Positions 24,068-36,789 of a DNA stretch of 64,000 nt are shown here, one piece after another. The position numbers and the translations under genes are program-made. Under the pieces are notes generated by a model. The model was not told the DNA's origin. It did not search any database and saw nothing but the letters and a program-made list of their open reading frames with translations. The stretch comes from Octopus sinensis (taxonomy: Eukaryota): contig NC_043024.1 in NCBI RefSeq assembly GCF_006345805.1, positions 15,934,001 to 15,998,000 on the forward strand. Reading direction: 5' to 3'. Numbering within the stretch: the stretch's first letter is position 1; the number at the start of each line of letters is the position of its first letter.

Positions 24068-24250
24068 ACTTGTGCACTGACCTAATTCTGGGTACTAACT
24101 TCCAAGAACGGCATGAAAGTATTACCATACAATACGGAGGACGGAAACCATCAAAAACATTTACTACGGTAACAGCTATGAAAACTGACCCCCCAAAGCT
24201 ATTCGCGCATCTCAAAGAAGACTGTAAACCTATTGCAGTCAAATGCATGT
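24068..24250 (+). mobile_element. Continuation of the gypsy pol fragment
   Basis: DLCTDLILGTNFQERHESITIQYGG...PPKLFAHLKEDCKPIA; starts with a 43-bp duplicate of 22123-22165. Confidence 0.75.
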
Positions 24251-25388
24251 GTGGTGATTCGTAAAAGTTTATTGTTCTTGGAGTAAGTTACAAAAAATTT
24301 CTAAGATTCTCTTGACTTGTAATTCAAACCGCCTCATGGACCCGACGTTACACCGGAAGATGACGAGGGGAGGTGCACTGAAACAGCCACTCTGAATAGT
24401 TCCGAAGCCTGATAAGCTGGCTGGGTTGTTAAGAAGTAGAATAACTGAGAGTGAAGGAATAGACAGGAATTTATAGGAGGTCAATCACCGTAGATACATG
24501 CGGCATACCAACAAAAAAGTTTAAGAGTAACGATCCTAATTACATGCTAAAAGAGTGTTGTCCCGACCTCATCTTCAACTCTTGTTTGTCAATGCTTTTT
24601 ATAGACTGCCTTTTCTTAACATATTTGCTCAATCAACCACGCAATTTTCTACATTAAACATCCATTCAGTCGGTCTGTCACTCTACTCGCAAGTTAACAT
24701 TGCGGTCAAATCTTATTGAAACTACATATATTCGTCTTCAAAATAGTATAAATTTCATAAAATGTTAACAACCTAAATACTGTCTGACACACATACAAAA
24801 AAAAAAATCCGACTGATGCAGCTTTATTAAAACTTAACTTAAACAGGAGAAGCATTAAAAATTAGCAGCAGCTGAAGCAACGAGTGGCTAGCGTTATTTT
24901 GTGCCAATACCTCATTGCATATGCTTCTTATTATTATTCGGGGGGGGTGTGATAAAAGTTTCAAACATTCTCAAAACAAACGATAAGGTTTTTTTTATCA
25001 CTTCACAATTTTTCAACACTCGGCGTTTTTTTCTATTTCTAGAAACTTGTAAATTTTTTCATGTCAGCAGTTAACTAGTTGTATGTATTTATCTGCAGCA
25101 ACAAATATACTGTAACATTTCAGAATTAGCAGACGCCGTCTCTTTCAACATCACAGTAAGTCCCGATGCTTTTATTATTATTATTATTATTATTATTCAG
25201 TAGATTTATTTTCATAGCGTGCTTTCACTTCACTACCGAGCGCAGCTCTGTAGTGCCTTGGGTTTATTGTGCTGTGGTTTGTTGTGATGTTCTTTCTTTT
25301 ATTGTATTGAAAATGTTTTACGTAGGATGTGTGCAATGCCTACTAGTGCTATCTTCTGTGTGTTATATTTGTTATTCCTGGTGTAGTG

Positions 25389-25745
25389 CAGGCGCAATGG
25401 CCCAGTGGTTAGGGCAGCGGACTCGCGGTCGTAGGATCGCGGTTTCGATTCCCAGACCGGGCGTTGTGAGTGTTTATTGAGCGAAAACACCTAAAGCTCC
25501 ACGAGGCTCCGGCAGGGGATGGTGGTGATCCCTGCTGTACTCTTTCACCACAACTTTCTCTCGCTCTTACTTCCTGTTTCTGTTGTGCCTGTATTTCAAA
25601 GGGCCGGCCTTGTCACTCTCTGTGTCACGCTGAATATCCCCGAGAACTACGTTAAGGGTACACGTGTCTGTGGAGTGCTCAGCCACTTACACGTTAATTT
25701 CACGAGCAGGCTGTTCCGTTGATTCGGATCAACCGGAACCCTCGT
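25389..25745 (+). mobile_element. tRNA-derived SINE, family A
   Basis: Same head as 746; body shared with 26217-26590. Confidence 0.85.
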
Positions 25746-26090
25746 CGTCGTAACCGACGGAGTGCTTCCATCCAGTCCTGGTGTTTTTGTTATGTATTTG
25801 TCTGAATATTTTTTTATCATACTGAATGAGCCTACTATGATAGGAATTGCTTCTGTTTTTAAACTCCACATTCGAGTTACCTCTATTTCAAAGTCTTTGT
25901 ATTTTGAAAGTTTCTCCATTTCTTTTAGAGAAACGTTGTCATCTGTTGGAATTAATTCATCAATTAGAAAGCATTTTTTTTATTGATAATCTCTGACAAC
26001 TATATTCAGCATATTGGCCTTAATTTCTCTATCTGTGTGTATTGGCATATCCCATAGTATGGTTGCTTTCTCATTATTATTATTTGTTTT
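25745..26090 (-). mobile_element. R4/Dong/NeSL-like LINE fragment (restriction-like endonuclease domain)
   Basis: ILWDMPIHTDREIKAN...LID..PTDDNVSLKEMEKLSKYKDFEIEVTRMWSLKTEAIPIIVG. Confidence 0.75.
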
Positions 26091-26214
26091 GGTTTTGCTT
26101 TTATTTATAATTGTTGCACCCAAGTTTCAACCAGAGATGTTAAAGGACTACAAGATTTTGCCTCTGATGATTTGTTTATATTTATTTCTTCACCTTAGAT
26201 GTAATGTAATTGTG

Positions 26215-26590
26215 TGGAGGCGCAATGGCCCAGTGGTTAGGGCAGCGGACTCGCGGTCGTAGGATCGTGGTTTCGATTCCCAGAGCGGGCTTTGAGTTTA
26301 TTGAGTGAAAACACCTAAAAGTTCCACGAGGCTCTAGCAGGAGTTGGTGGTGATCCCTGCTGTACTCTTTCACCACAAATTTTTGTCACTCTATCTTCCT
26401 GTTTCTGTTGTGCCTGTATTTCAAAGGGCCAGCTTTGTCAAACTCTGTGTCACGCTGAATCTCCTCCGAGAACTAGAACTATGTTAAGGGTACACGTGTC
26501 TATGGAGTACTCAGCCACTTGCACGTTAAGCAGGCTCTTCCGTTGATCGGATCGACTGGAACTCTCGTCGTCGCAACCGACGGAGTGCCA
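26215..26590 (+). mobile_element. tRNA-derived SINE, family A
   Basis: GGAGGCGCAATGGCCCAGTGG head and body matching 25389. Confidence 0.85.
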
Positions 26591-26654
26591 CGTTGCCCTT
26601 TTAATGCGATTGGCAATTATTGAAGTAATTGTTATTGTTATAATTGAGTTATGT

Positions 26655-26831
26655 GGGAGTGGCTGTGTGGTAAGTAGCTTGCTTACCAACCACATGGTTC
26701 CGGGTTCAGTCCTACTGCGTGGTACCTTGGGAAAGTGTCTTCTACAATAGCCTTGGATCGACCAAAGCCTTGTGAGTGGATTTGGTAGACGGAAACTGAA
26801 AGAAGCTCGTCGTAATATATATATATGTATG

Positions 26832-26914
<83 letters not shown>

Positions 26915-27120
26915 GTGTGTTTGTGTGTCTGTGTTTATCCTCCCAACATCGCTTGACAACCGATGCTGGTATATTTACGTCCCCGTAACTTAGCGGTTCG
27001 GCAAAAGTGACCGATAGAATAAGTACAAGGCTTACAAAGAATAAGTCCTGGGGTCGATTTGTTCGACAAAAGGCGATGCTCCAGCATGGCCGCAGTCAAA
27101 TGACTGAAACAAGTAGAAGA
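26655..27120 (+). mobile_element. CORE-like SINE, family C, with internal microsatellite
   Basis: Head, core and GGCGATGCTCCAGCATGGCCGCAGTCAAATGACTGAAAC tail. Confidence 0.85.
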
Positions 27121-27932
27121 TTATGAGTGAAGGCGCATGGTTCAGTGGTTAGAACGTCGGACTTAGAATCATGAGGTAGTGAGTTCGATTATTGGACTGG
27201 GCTGCGTGTTGTGTTCTTGAGCAAGACACTTTGTCTCACGTTGCTCCAATTCACTCATCTGTAGAAATGAGTTGCGGCATCACTGTTACCAAGCTATATC
27301 GGCCCCTTTGCCTTTCTCATGGGTAACATCGGTGGCGTGGAGACGGGTGGCTGGTATGAAGGGTGTGACTGTTGGTCTTCCATAAATAATCTTGCCCGGA
27401 CTTGAACCTCAGAAAGGAATTTTCTACGCGCAATTCCATGGTCGTTTATGACTGAAAGGGGTCTCTACCATTCACCCTTTATATTGGTAGGGTACTCTTC
27501 AAAATTTTTAACCATTAAACAGCAAGAAAAATTTGCGTGAATGTGTATTGTGAACAAGCAAAAAATAAAAAGTATGTTTCTTATGGGTAATTTTTATATC
27601 TATTTTCACTTTAAATAAACAAAAGAAAATGTATCATCATTCTTAGTCTCCCACACAGTAAAATTTGGCGTGGCTGTGTGGTAAGAAGCTTGCCTCCTAA
27701 TCACATGGTTCCGAGTTCAGTTTCATTACATGGCATCTTGGGAAAGAGTCTTCTGCTATAGCCTCAGGCCGACCAAAGCCTTGTGAGTGGATTTGGTAGA
27801 CGGAAACTGAAAGAAGCCCAAAGTGCGTGTGTGTGTGTTTGTATTGATTTGGTAGTTGGAAACTGAAAGAAACCCGTCGTATAAATATTTGTCCCCCTCC
27901 TCTGATTGACAACCGGTCTTGTTATGTTCGCC

Positions 27933-28172
27933 GAGCTGGCGGCGAGCTGGCAGAAACGTTAGCACGCCGGGCGAAATGCGTTGCCGTATTTCGTCTGTCG
28001 TTACGTTGTGAGTTCAAATTCCGCCGAGGTCGACTTTGCCTTTCATCCTTTCGGGGACGATAAATTAAGTACCAGTTACGCACTGGGGTCGATGTAATCG
28101 ACTTAATACCTATGTCTGTCCTTGTTTGTCCCCTCTGTGTTTAGCCCCTTGTGGGTAATAAAGAAATAGGTG
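27933..28172 (+). mobile_element. SINE family B with 14-bp TSD
   Basis: TTGTTATGTTCGCC at 27919-27932 and 28173-28186. Confidence 0.9.
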
Positions 28173-28789
28173 TTGTTATGTTCGCCCTCTATAAATCTTT
28201 GCGTTACTGAGAAATTTTTAGAGCAAAAAAAACTTCTAAGCAAACAACTCTAGACTTGTTTTTTAAAAAGAAATCTATACGTCCGTCTACGAGTTCTTGT
28301 AAATCGGGGATCACGTCTACAAGTGATGTGTGCAAGTCTAGTTCGAGTGAAAGTGATTCAGAAAACGGTTATGATTAAAATATTTTGACATTCTTTTTAC
28401 ATTACATAAAATATTCTTTACATTCAACTGTTGTTTTATTACCATTTACTCACGAGTATTATAGATTTTATAGGTAAACTATTTTTCTGGGAACGAATTA
28501 CGATTTATGACATTGCTACTATGGGAAATTATCGCTCTGCTTTACGAGTTTTCGCTTTATTAGCGGTTTGTGGGAACAGATTAACTCGTATATTGAGACA
28601 TTGCTGTATAAATATTTGGTCTTTCAATAAATAGCAGTAATTGTGGGTGATACAACAGCCTACCCGACTCCTGTGAAATGAGGACTGCTATAACATGTGG
28701 TAGTTTAGCAGTACCATGTTTAATGTGGCACGATTTAATCGTAAATAATCGAAATAAATAAAGTATGGTAAAAGTAACATGTAGGTCAA

Positions 28790-28825
<36 letters not shown>

Positions 28826-28884
28826 GTGTGTGTGTGTGTTGTGTGTGTGTGTGTGTATGTGTGTGTGTGTATATATATATATAT

Positions 28885-28916
<32 letters not shown>

Positions 28917-28968
28917 ATATATATATGTTGTGTGTGTGTGTGTGTGTGGTGTGTGTGTGTGTGTATGT

Positions 28969-29016
<48 letters not shown>

Positions 29017-29288
29017 ATATATATGTTGTGTGTGTGTGTGTGTGTGTGTGTGGGGGTGTATATATGTTTGTGTGTGTATATATATATGTATGTGTGTGTA
29101 TGTATGTATGTTTATATGTATGTATTTACATGCATTTATATATAGCACCAGGTGGTGCTATTAAGTTAGACATGGCCTGGGCCAATAATGGCCGAAACCT
29201 ATCAAAGTATCAAAGTATATAGTTTCAGCTCACGAGCTGTGGCTAGCGTGGCCACAGCTCGTGAGCTGAAACTAGAATCAATCAATCA

Positions 29289-29360
<72 letters not shown>

Positions 29361-29805
29361 TATATATTATATATATGCGTATATATATATATATGCGTAT
29401 ATATATATATATATGCGTATATATATATATATATATAATATATATATATATATGCATGTATATATATGCATGTATATATATATATATATGCATGTATATA
29501 TATATATGCATGTATATATATATATATATATATATGCATGTTATATATATGTATATATATATATGTATATATATGCATGTATAATATATGTATATATAAT
29601 ATATATATATGCATGTATATATATATGTATATATATATATGCATGTATATAATATGTATATATATATGCATGTATATATATATGTATATATATATATGCA
29701 TGTATATATATATGTATATATATATATGCATGTATATATATAGTATATATATATATATGCATGTATATATATATGTATATATATATATGCATATATATAT
29801 ATATA

Positions 29806-29853
<48 letters not shown>

Positions 29854-30230
29854 TTGATAAAGATTCCTAACAATGGGCTACATGGAAATAATCATTTACC
29901 AGGAATCTTTATCAATCTTTGGAAACCTCCTTTCTCAATACATAAAAGAGAATTGGAAACGATTCTTATTTATATTATGTATGTATGTGTGCGTGTGTTG
30001 TGTGTTGTGTGTGTATGTGTGTTATATATGTGTGTGTATTATATATAAATACATGTTATATTTGTGTGCTGTGTGTGTATATTATATATGTGTGTGCGTT
30101 GTGTATGTGTGTGTTCTGTGTGTGTGTGTGTTGTGTGTGTGTGTTGTGACGTTTGTATATTATGTGTGTGTGTGTATGTGTGTGTGTATGTGTGTGACAA
30201 ACAGACGCCGTCTGACCAGATACTGCGGAC
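28790..30230. repeat. Compound (AT)n/(GT)n microsatellite tract with a roughly 30-nt higher-order GCATGT(AT)n unit
   Basis: Direct reading; periodic GCATGTATAT at 29450-29810. Confidence 0.95.
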
Positions 30231-30872
30231 ACACAGACACATCTATTCACACTCACATACTCACCTCCTGATAACCCCAAAATCATTGATGCTTGAAGGG
30301 GAGCCATAAACAAAACAAAACTGGGTACTTTTCTCTCAATTCAACATTTCTGCTAAAACGAACAGGCCAGTAAAAACAAACTCTCGCCTTCAATTCAAAA
30401 TATTCTGAGATGTACAAAATATTCATTTTAATTTTTTCTGTCAATATTACAAATTTTCTCACCATACTATTGCACTTCCTTATGTCTTTAACATGTCCTT
30501 TCTACCCAAGACTGTATATATATACATGTAATGTGACAATTTGCAACAACCAATAATTAACGCAACCAAATTTCCAATAATATATTTGTTTTATTCTTTT
30601 CTGCCAATCTTTCCAAATATTCTCATCACACTGTTGAACTTCTTTATGCCCTTAACATATCTCTGTTACCAAACACTATATTTATACATGTAATGTGACA
30701 ATTATGTAAAAAAAACTTTTTTGAATTCATAATATTCAATGTGGCAATTATGTAAAAAACTTTTTTGAATTCATAATATTCAATGTTACTTTTGACAATC
30801 TTTTACCAAAGAGTGAAACCGGTTAAGTAAATAAACATCTTTTAAATTGCATTTTCAAACCTTCTTTCGTAT

Positions 30873-30931
<59 letters not shown>

Positions 30932-31026
30932 ATATATATATGCATATATATATATGCATATATATATATGCATATATATATATGCATATATATATATATG
31001 CATATATATAAATGCATATATATATA

Positions 31027-31050
<24 letters not shown>

Positions 31051-31065
<15 letters not shown>

Positions 31066-32118
31066 ACACACACACTCACGCATATTCCTTCTTCAGATAT
31101 TCTCAGATGGAATCACTACTATAATCGGCTTTCTAAGACATTAGAAAACACATCCACACACATACACACATATATAGAGAGAGAGAGATACGCACCTACA
31201 TACTCACACACACACACACACACATACACACATACACACACCCACACACACTCACACACATTCCCACTCTTAAGAAATTATTACACACACACACACGCAC
31301 ACATACACACACGTTCACTTTAAACATACTTCGAAGTTACACACAACCCCAAAAGACCAATAAAGAACTTGCTTGCTCGCATATTCATAATTTTGGCAAT
31401 GTAGGGTAAAGAATGATCTGAAAATATTTTGAAAGTTTCACGTTTCGTTTTATTTCTACTTTCAGTCCTCGTTTGAACAAAGAAGATCTGTCAAAGTTAA
31501 ACTGGTTTAATAAAATCAAAACAAAGATGGTATTTATAACAGACGGTACCCTAATGACATATATATATATGCATATATTATATATATATATTATATATAT
31601 ATAATATATATATATAAACACACACACACACTCACGCATATTCCTTCTTCAGATATTCTCAGATGGAATCACTACTATAATCGGCTTTCTAAGACATTAG
31701 AAAACACATCCACACACATACACACATATATATAGAGAGAGAGATACGCACCTACATACTCACACACACACACACACACACATACACACATACACACACC
31801 CACACACACTCACACACATTCCCACTCTTAAGAAATTATTACACACACACACACGCACACATACACACACGTTCACTTTAAACATACTTCGAAGTTACAC
31901 ACAACCCCAAAAGACCAATAAAGAACTTGCTTGCTCGCATATTCATAATTTTGGCAATGTAGGGTAAAGAATGATCTGAAAATATTTTGAAAGTTTCACG
32001 TTTCGTTTTATTTCTACTTTCAGTCCTCGTTTGAACAAAGAAGATCTGTCAAAGTTAAACTGGTTTAATAAAATCAAAACAAAGATGGTATTTATAACAG
32101 ACGGTACCCTAATGACAT
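31051..32118 (+). repeat. Tandem duplication (offset 558 bp) of the region upstream of exon 1 plus its first 34 coding nt
   Basis: ATG at 31527 mirrors ATG at 32085; the first copy breaks into (AT)n after ...CTAATGACAT at 31560. Confidence 0.92.
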
Positions 32119-32234
32119 GGGAAGAAATTTTACCCCACATTTCAAATGTCAAGAAACAAGGAACGATGCAGTTTCTTTACCAGTATAAGAAATATAAAGA
32201 CGAAAAAAATTATCCATTTTACTGGGGCGATGAG
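32085..32234 (+). CDS. GCLC: GCLC-like paralog 2, coding exon 1 (MVFITDGTLMTWEEILPHISNVKKQGTMQFLYQYKKYKDEKNYPFYWGDE)
   Basis: 50 codons ending WGDE|GTAAGT, the same length and boundary as vertebrate GCLC exon 1 (MGLLSQGSPLSWEE...LKWGDE). Confidence 0.95.
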
Positions 32235-32887
32235 GTAAGTACAACGCACGATAAAAACTTGCATGAAAATAGAGAGGGGGGGAAGGAGAAAGGGCACTTG
32301 CTGATTTTAATTAAGATCAATGGCCAAGCGTAGCCACGTGGTAAGAAGTATGCTTCCTAATCACGTGGTACCGGGTTCATTTCCACGCTGAGGCAGTTTG
32401 CGCACTGAGACGTTCTGCTAAAGCCTCGGGTCGACTAAAACCATGTTGGTGAGAGGATTTGTGAGAGGGAAACTGAAAGAAGCCTGTCGCATATATATAT
32501 ATTGTGTGTGTGTATATATACCTTTCTTTCCTTCCTTGAGCGTCTGCTAATATTTTGCATGTACCACGTCCTCGCGCTATCGTTTTTTCTTGTGTTTTTT
32601 CTTCGTTTCTTTTTTTGTGGTGGGGAGATATGATTATATATGTGGAGCCACAATGGCCCAATGGTTAGGGCAGCGGACTCGCGGTCGTAGGAATTTCCGT
32701 CTACCAAATCCATTCTCGGGCTTTGGTTGGTCCGAGGCTCTAGAAGACACTTACCCAAGTAGGGAACATGCAGTGGGACTGAACCCGGAACCATGTGATT
32801 GTGAAGTAACCCTTTTACGGCACAGGTACGCCTGCGCCTATATATATATATATATATTTGATTTGCCTAATAGTGGTTTTATCTCTA

Positions 32888-32924
<37 letters not shown>

Positions 32925-33829
32925 GTGAAATAGAAAGATGAATAATCTTGTAGTAGATTAATCAAAAGTTTAACCGATACCTTAGTAGCAAAAATCACAG
33001 CAGTAAACAGCACGGTTGGAGGTACAACCATCTGGCGTTGCAACCGTGCGTTGGTGCGGATAATTGAAATTAAAACATTATTGGTGAATTGAAGAAATGG
33101 AGCTGAACGCAGATTGAACAGAAATCGTTTTATTGTGTCTTTCTCTTCAGGAAGAAAAAAGGAAATCCGTTGGAAAAAACAAAAACAGAACAGAGGCGGA
33201 ACAAAAAACAAATCGAACTGTGCTCCTAAGAGCCCATGGCGAAACTGTTTATCAGTGTATGTTGAGAACCGGTGGCTGAAGAATTCAACGGGTCAGGCAT
33301 CGGTCAATCATGTGGGTGAGGGTGTATAGATGTTCTTTGTGACCGAGAATAAAGTTCTGACTATTTAAAGAATATTGGATGTTTTATAAGGGGCGAGAAA
33401 AAATCTACTTAGAGACGTGTGTGTGTGTATACTGTTCTATATATGTGTGTGTTGGCGTAGGGGTAGAAAACATTTTTTGTGTACGTGTGTGCGTTTGATC
33501 GTTCGGCTGTCAGTGGCTACTGCCGTGATAACCGTTGGGTGGCAGAAAGAAAAAAATAAAAAAATTATATATATATATTATGTTTTATGTGTGTGTGTTC
33601 ATCTAAGCCTGCCTTGTCAAGGAAACCCCCCGCTGTGAAAAAACCAAGCCCCGTTTGTCTTACAGGAGTAATTCCCCTTGCAGTGGTTAATCGTAGATAT
33701 CTTAAAGGCTATTTCAGAATTTGTTACCAAGGGCTATGGGTGCCGGTATTATTTATAAACGCTATTTAAAGGCCAGATAAGTGTAACGCCGCCAATGGGG
33801 GCATCGAAAAGCCGACTGTAAGAGCCCGT

Positions 33830-36441
33830 TTACCATCCGGCCTCTGGCAACAAAATATGGAAGAGTTCGGAGACACAAAGGTTGCACTGTCTTCTGCCCC
33901 TATCAAATGGGAGGGCCACCGACAAAATTGACCATTCCAGCCTATAGCTTAAGTTCGCATCCTTCAGTCGCCATATTAGCTTACTGAGTCCCGTGGTCTG
34001 GCGCTTGTTCACGTCCCGAAAAGTTGCGTAATGGTTGGAGACACGCAAAGACAATCTTGAGGATGATGCCCCTACATAAGTGAAGGCATCTGAGTCCGTG
34101 TAAACCTTGCATTGGTAGACGGCGTTTTTGATCTTGGAGTTCGCCGACGTGAATCTTAATCTGCTAGGATTGGTTTCTGAAATTAGAACTGCGTTCCTGT
34201 CACTATATTCGTTCCGAGACCTGCAGCCGCTTACTACTCTATTTTCCACTACGTCACTATTAACTATAGGAATAACCCCTGATTCTCCACTATCTATCAG
34301 AGTGCTGTCATTGCTACTGCCCGTGGTACTGCTATTGCGGGAAATGATGCTGGGGATGCTAATGGGGCTCTCTACCCTACTCCCATTGTTACCGTCAACC
34401 ACAACACCCCTATTTATAACTATACCCCTAGTGGGTACTCCCTGGCTGGAGCTGAGATTATGTGTCACTGTACTGGCTCTCATATCATTATTACTACTAT
34501 AATTATTCCTACTGAGCATTAAACCGGGAGCGGAAGAGGCTGTGCCTCCGGAAAAAGGTGATAGGGTCTTAGTAAGTAGCCTATTATTATGGGAGGCGAT
34601 TATCTGGGCGAGGTTTTTAGTGTTGGAGAAAGCTATCCTAACTTTATGTGAGTTAACCGTGGAGTAATATTTGGAATTTCTGGGGAAGTTATTGGCGATG
34701 GCTTGTCTAAACATGAGGGGGAGGTTAGTTCTAATCTGCTTACCAAAGGGGATTACAAACCATATATGCTTATTCCTATCAGTGTGATGGGTCGGGACGC
34801 CAGCTCTCGCATTCGGGTGGGTGATTCTCGGATGAATAACGGGTCTTGGGTTAGTGTAAGACCTCCCGGACCGATAATTATCCTTGTTCGCTAAAGTAAA
34901 TGCGGGAGCGACTACCCCGGCATCCGCCGCGCTCCCGTCCTTACTTAAAATGTTAATGTTATTATATACGGCCCTATCCTGATGACCGAATGATGGCATC
35001 GGAAGGGCGGATCAATATAAATTACCTTCTGCCTATAACCGGCCTTGGATAGTGCGGCGTTATAAAATTCCGCTTTCTGCATAAAAATATCGGCACTGGC
35101 GGACAAGCCAGACAATCTTAGAGAGATGTTTTTAACCAAATTGTCTGTTACGGTTTTGGCATGATTTGAGAAGACACTGACATACTTCAAATTAGTGGAA
35201 GGCTTATGGTAAGGGCAGTATGAGTCGCTATTAAGGTTAAGTGTAACGTCTAGGAAATTAGCCTTGGTGAGTTCATTATCAAAAACTATACTCATGCCCA
35301 TTCTATTAAAAAACCTAGCTAACCTGCTCTTAGTTTTCTGCACTATTCTGTTCGTGGTGTTTTGCAGGTAAAACAGACAATCGTCACGATACAGGCCGCC
35401 CGCGATCTCCGGGAATTGATCGGACAATTCGTAGAGAATATATATTCCGACCAAATCGGCTATCTGCGCACTATCCGAACTACCCATAGGCACATCAATT
35501 CATTGGAGTATCTTTACGGATCCACAACTTATTATCAAACTTAATAAACGATTCCTGGCAACTAAAATGATATCTATCTCTTCTCTGTGAGGCCAGCCTT
35601 GTTGTGAGCATGCCAGAGGGCCTTATTTAGCACACTAGGGTTAATCGAGGGGTAGAAGCTGGCGATATCAAACTGAATGAACTAGTACGGTTCTTATTGG
35701 GGATGGAAGAGAACCACTTCACTACCTGCGAGGAGTTGGCCCAGAGGCTGAGCTTCAGCTTGTTTACTAAACTAGGGATATATTTATCTAAAATGTACTT
35801 ACTGATTATCCCGATATCAGATCTAGCAGGGCATATGAGTCTTAGCGCTGGGTTGGTGTGGAAGTTAGGTTTATGGTCCTTCACTATAAATCTGGGTTGC
35901 TTGGGGCTAAGCGGCTGAGTTCTCATTTGAATTCGGTGTTTAAATATTATATCCTTAATTTCCAAGTTTACCTTCCTCAGGGTACTCCAATTGGTTTTTC
36001 TATAATTTTTCTTGATCTCTTTACCGAGTAAATCTAGGTACTGCTTAATGGGCATCTTGTATGTGTTCCTGGTCTTGTCGGACTGGACCAGGACTCCGTC
36101 CGTTCTATTAATGTCCTTGGTAATTTTATCTAGGTATCTGAGGTGGGCATTTCTCCTGGGTGACTTCCTGAACTTAATCTTTCTAACTATGTCCCACAAG
36201 TCGTCCTCAAACTTCTTCAGTCTTGGGTTCGGTGGCGGCGTATCCAATGTTTTAAAAAGCCGGCCGTATTCGGACGATGCTGTTGTCCGGTTCGATTTTA
36301 GATCTTCGTTCTCGTGGAAGAAAATGAGCCATCTTATCCGGTTTATGAATGCGTTGGTTTTACAAACCAACTCCTTAAGGAAGGCATCCTTTGGTGGTAT
36401 AGGAATATCCTTAAGGACGCATCAATCTCGAACAACTCCAT
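33830..36441 (-). pseudogene. Frameshifted PLE polyprotein: RT and C-terminal GIY-YIG endonuclease
   Basis: LKDIPIPP N-terminus; FIQFDIASFYPSI; PMGS; LYRDD; AVYQCKVY..TYVG..R..H..F; CNLCVSE. Confidence 0.92.
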
Positions 36442-36700
36442 TATTGGCATCGGTTAAAGTAGCAGTTTCTTGACGAAGCGGTATGTATTATGTGAAATAG
36501 AAAGATGAATAATCTTGTAGTAGATTAATCAAAAGTTTAACCGATACCTTAGTAGCAAAAATCACAGCAGTAAACAGCACGGTTGGAGGTACAACCATCT
36601 GGCGTTGCAACCGTGCGTTGGTGCGGATAATTGAAATTAAAACATTATTGGTGAATTGAAGAAATGGAGCTGAACGCAGATTGAACAGAAATCGTTTTAT

Positions 36701-36789
36701 TTCATTCTACACGTGTTTCGAAAGGCACAAATTCCCAAAATCCGATTGAATAATGGGACCATATTGTGTCTTTCTCTTCAGGAAGAAAA
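36701..36789 (-). ncRNA. Minimal type I hammerhead ribozyme in the PLE 5' pseudo-LTR (core intact)
   Basis: Minus strand: TTC-CTGAAGA-GAAAGACACAA...TTGTGCCTTTC-GAAAC-ACGT-GTA-GAA; palindromic stem III; predicted GUA cleavage at 36708/36707. Confidence 0.8.

Noticed and set aside
28765-30309. Many long ORFs rich in YI/CV/HT (also 8156-8477, 45562-46125, 59555-60197)
   Set aside because: Translations of (AT)n/(GT)n/(CA)n microsatellites.
30283-30530. Non-repetitive island upstream of GCLC as a possible first exon or separate gene
   Set aside because: No recognisable homology, splice signals or convincing ORF; needs transcript data.
33281-36441. Possible selenocysteine recoding, reported for some Naiad elements
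   Set aside because: The ORF breaks I checked are frameshifts ending in TAA/TAG, and I could not identify a SECIS by eye; a SECISearch run on 33281-33829 (minus strand) would be needed.
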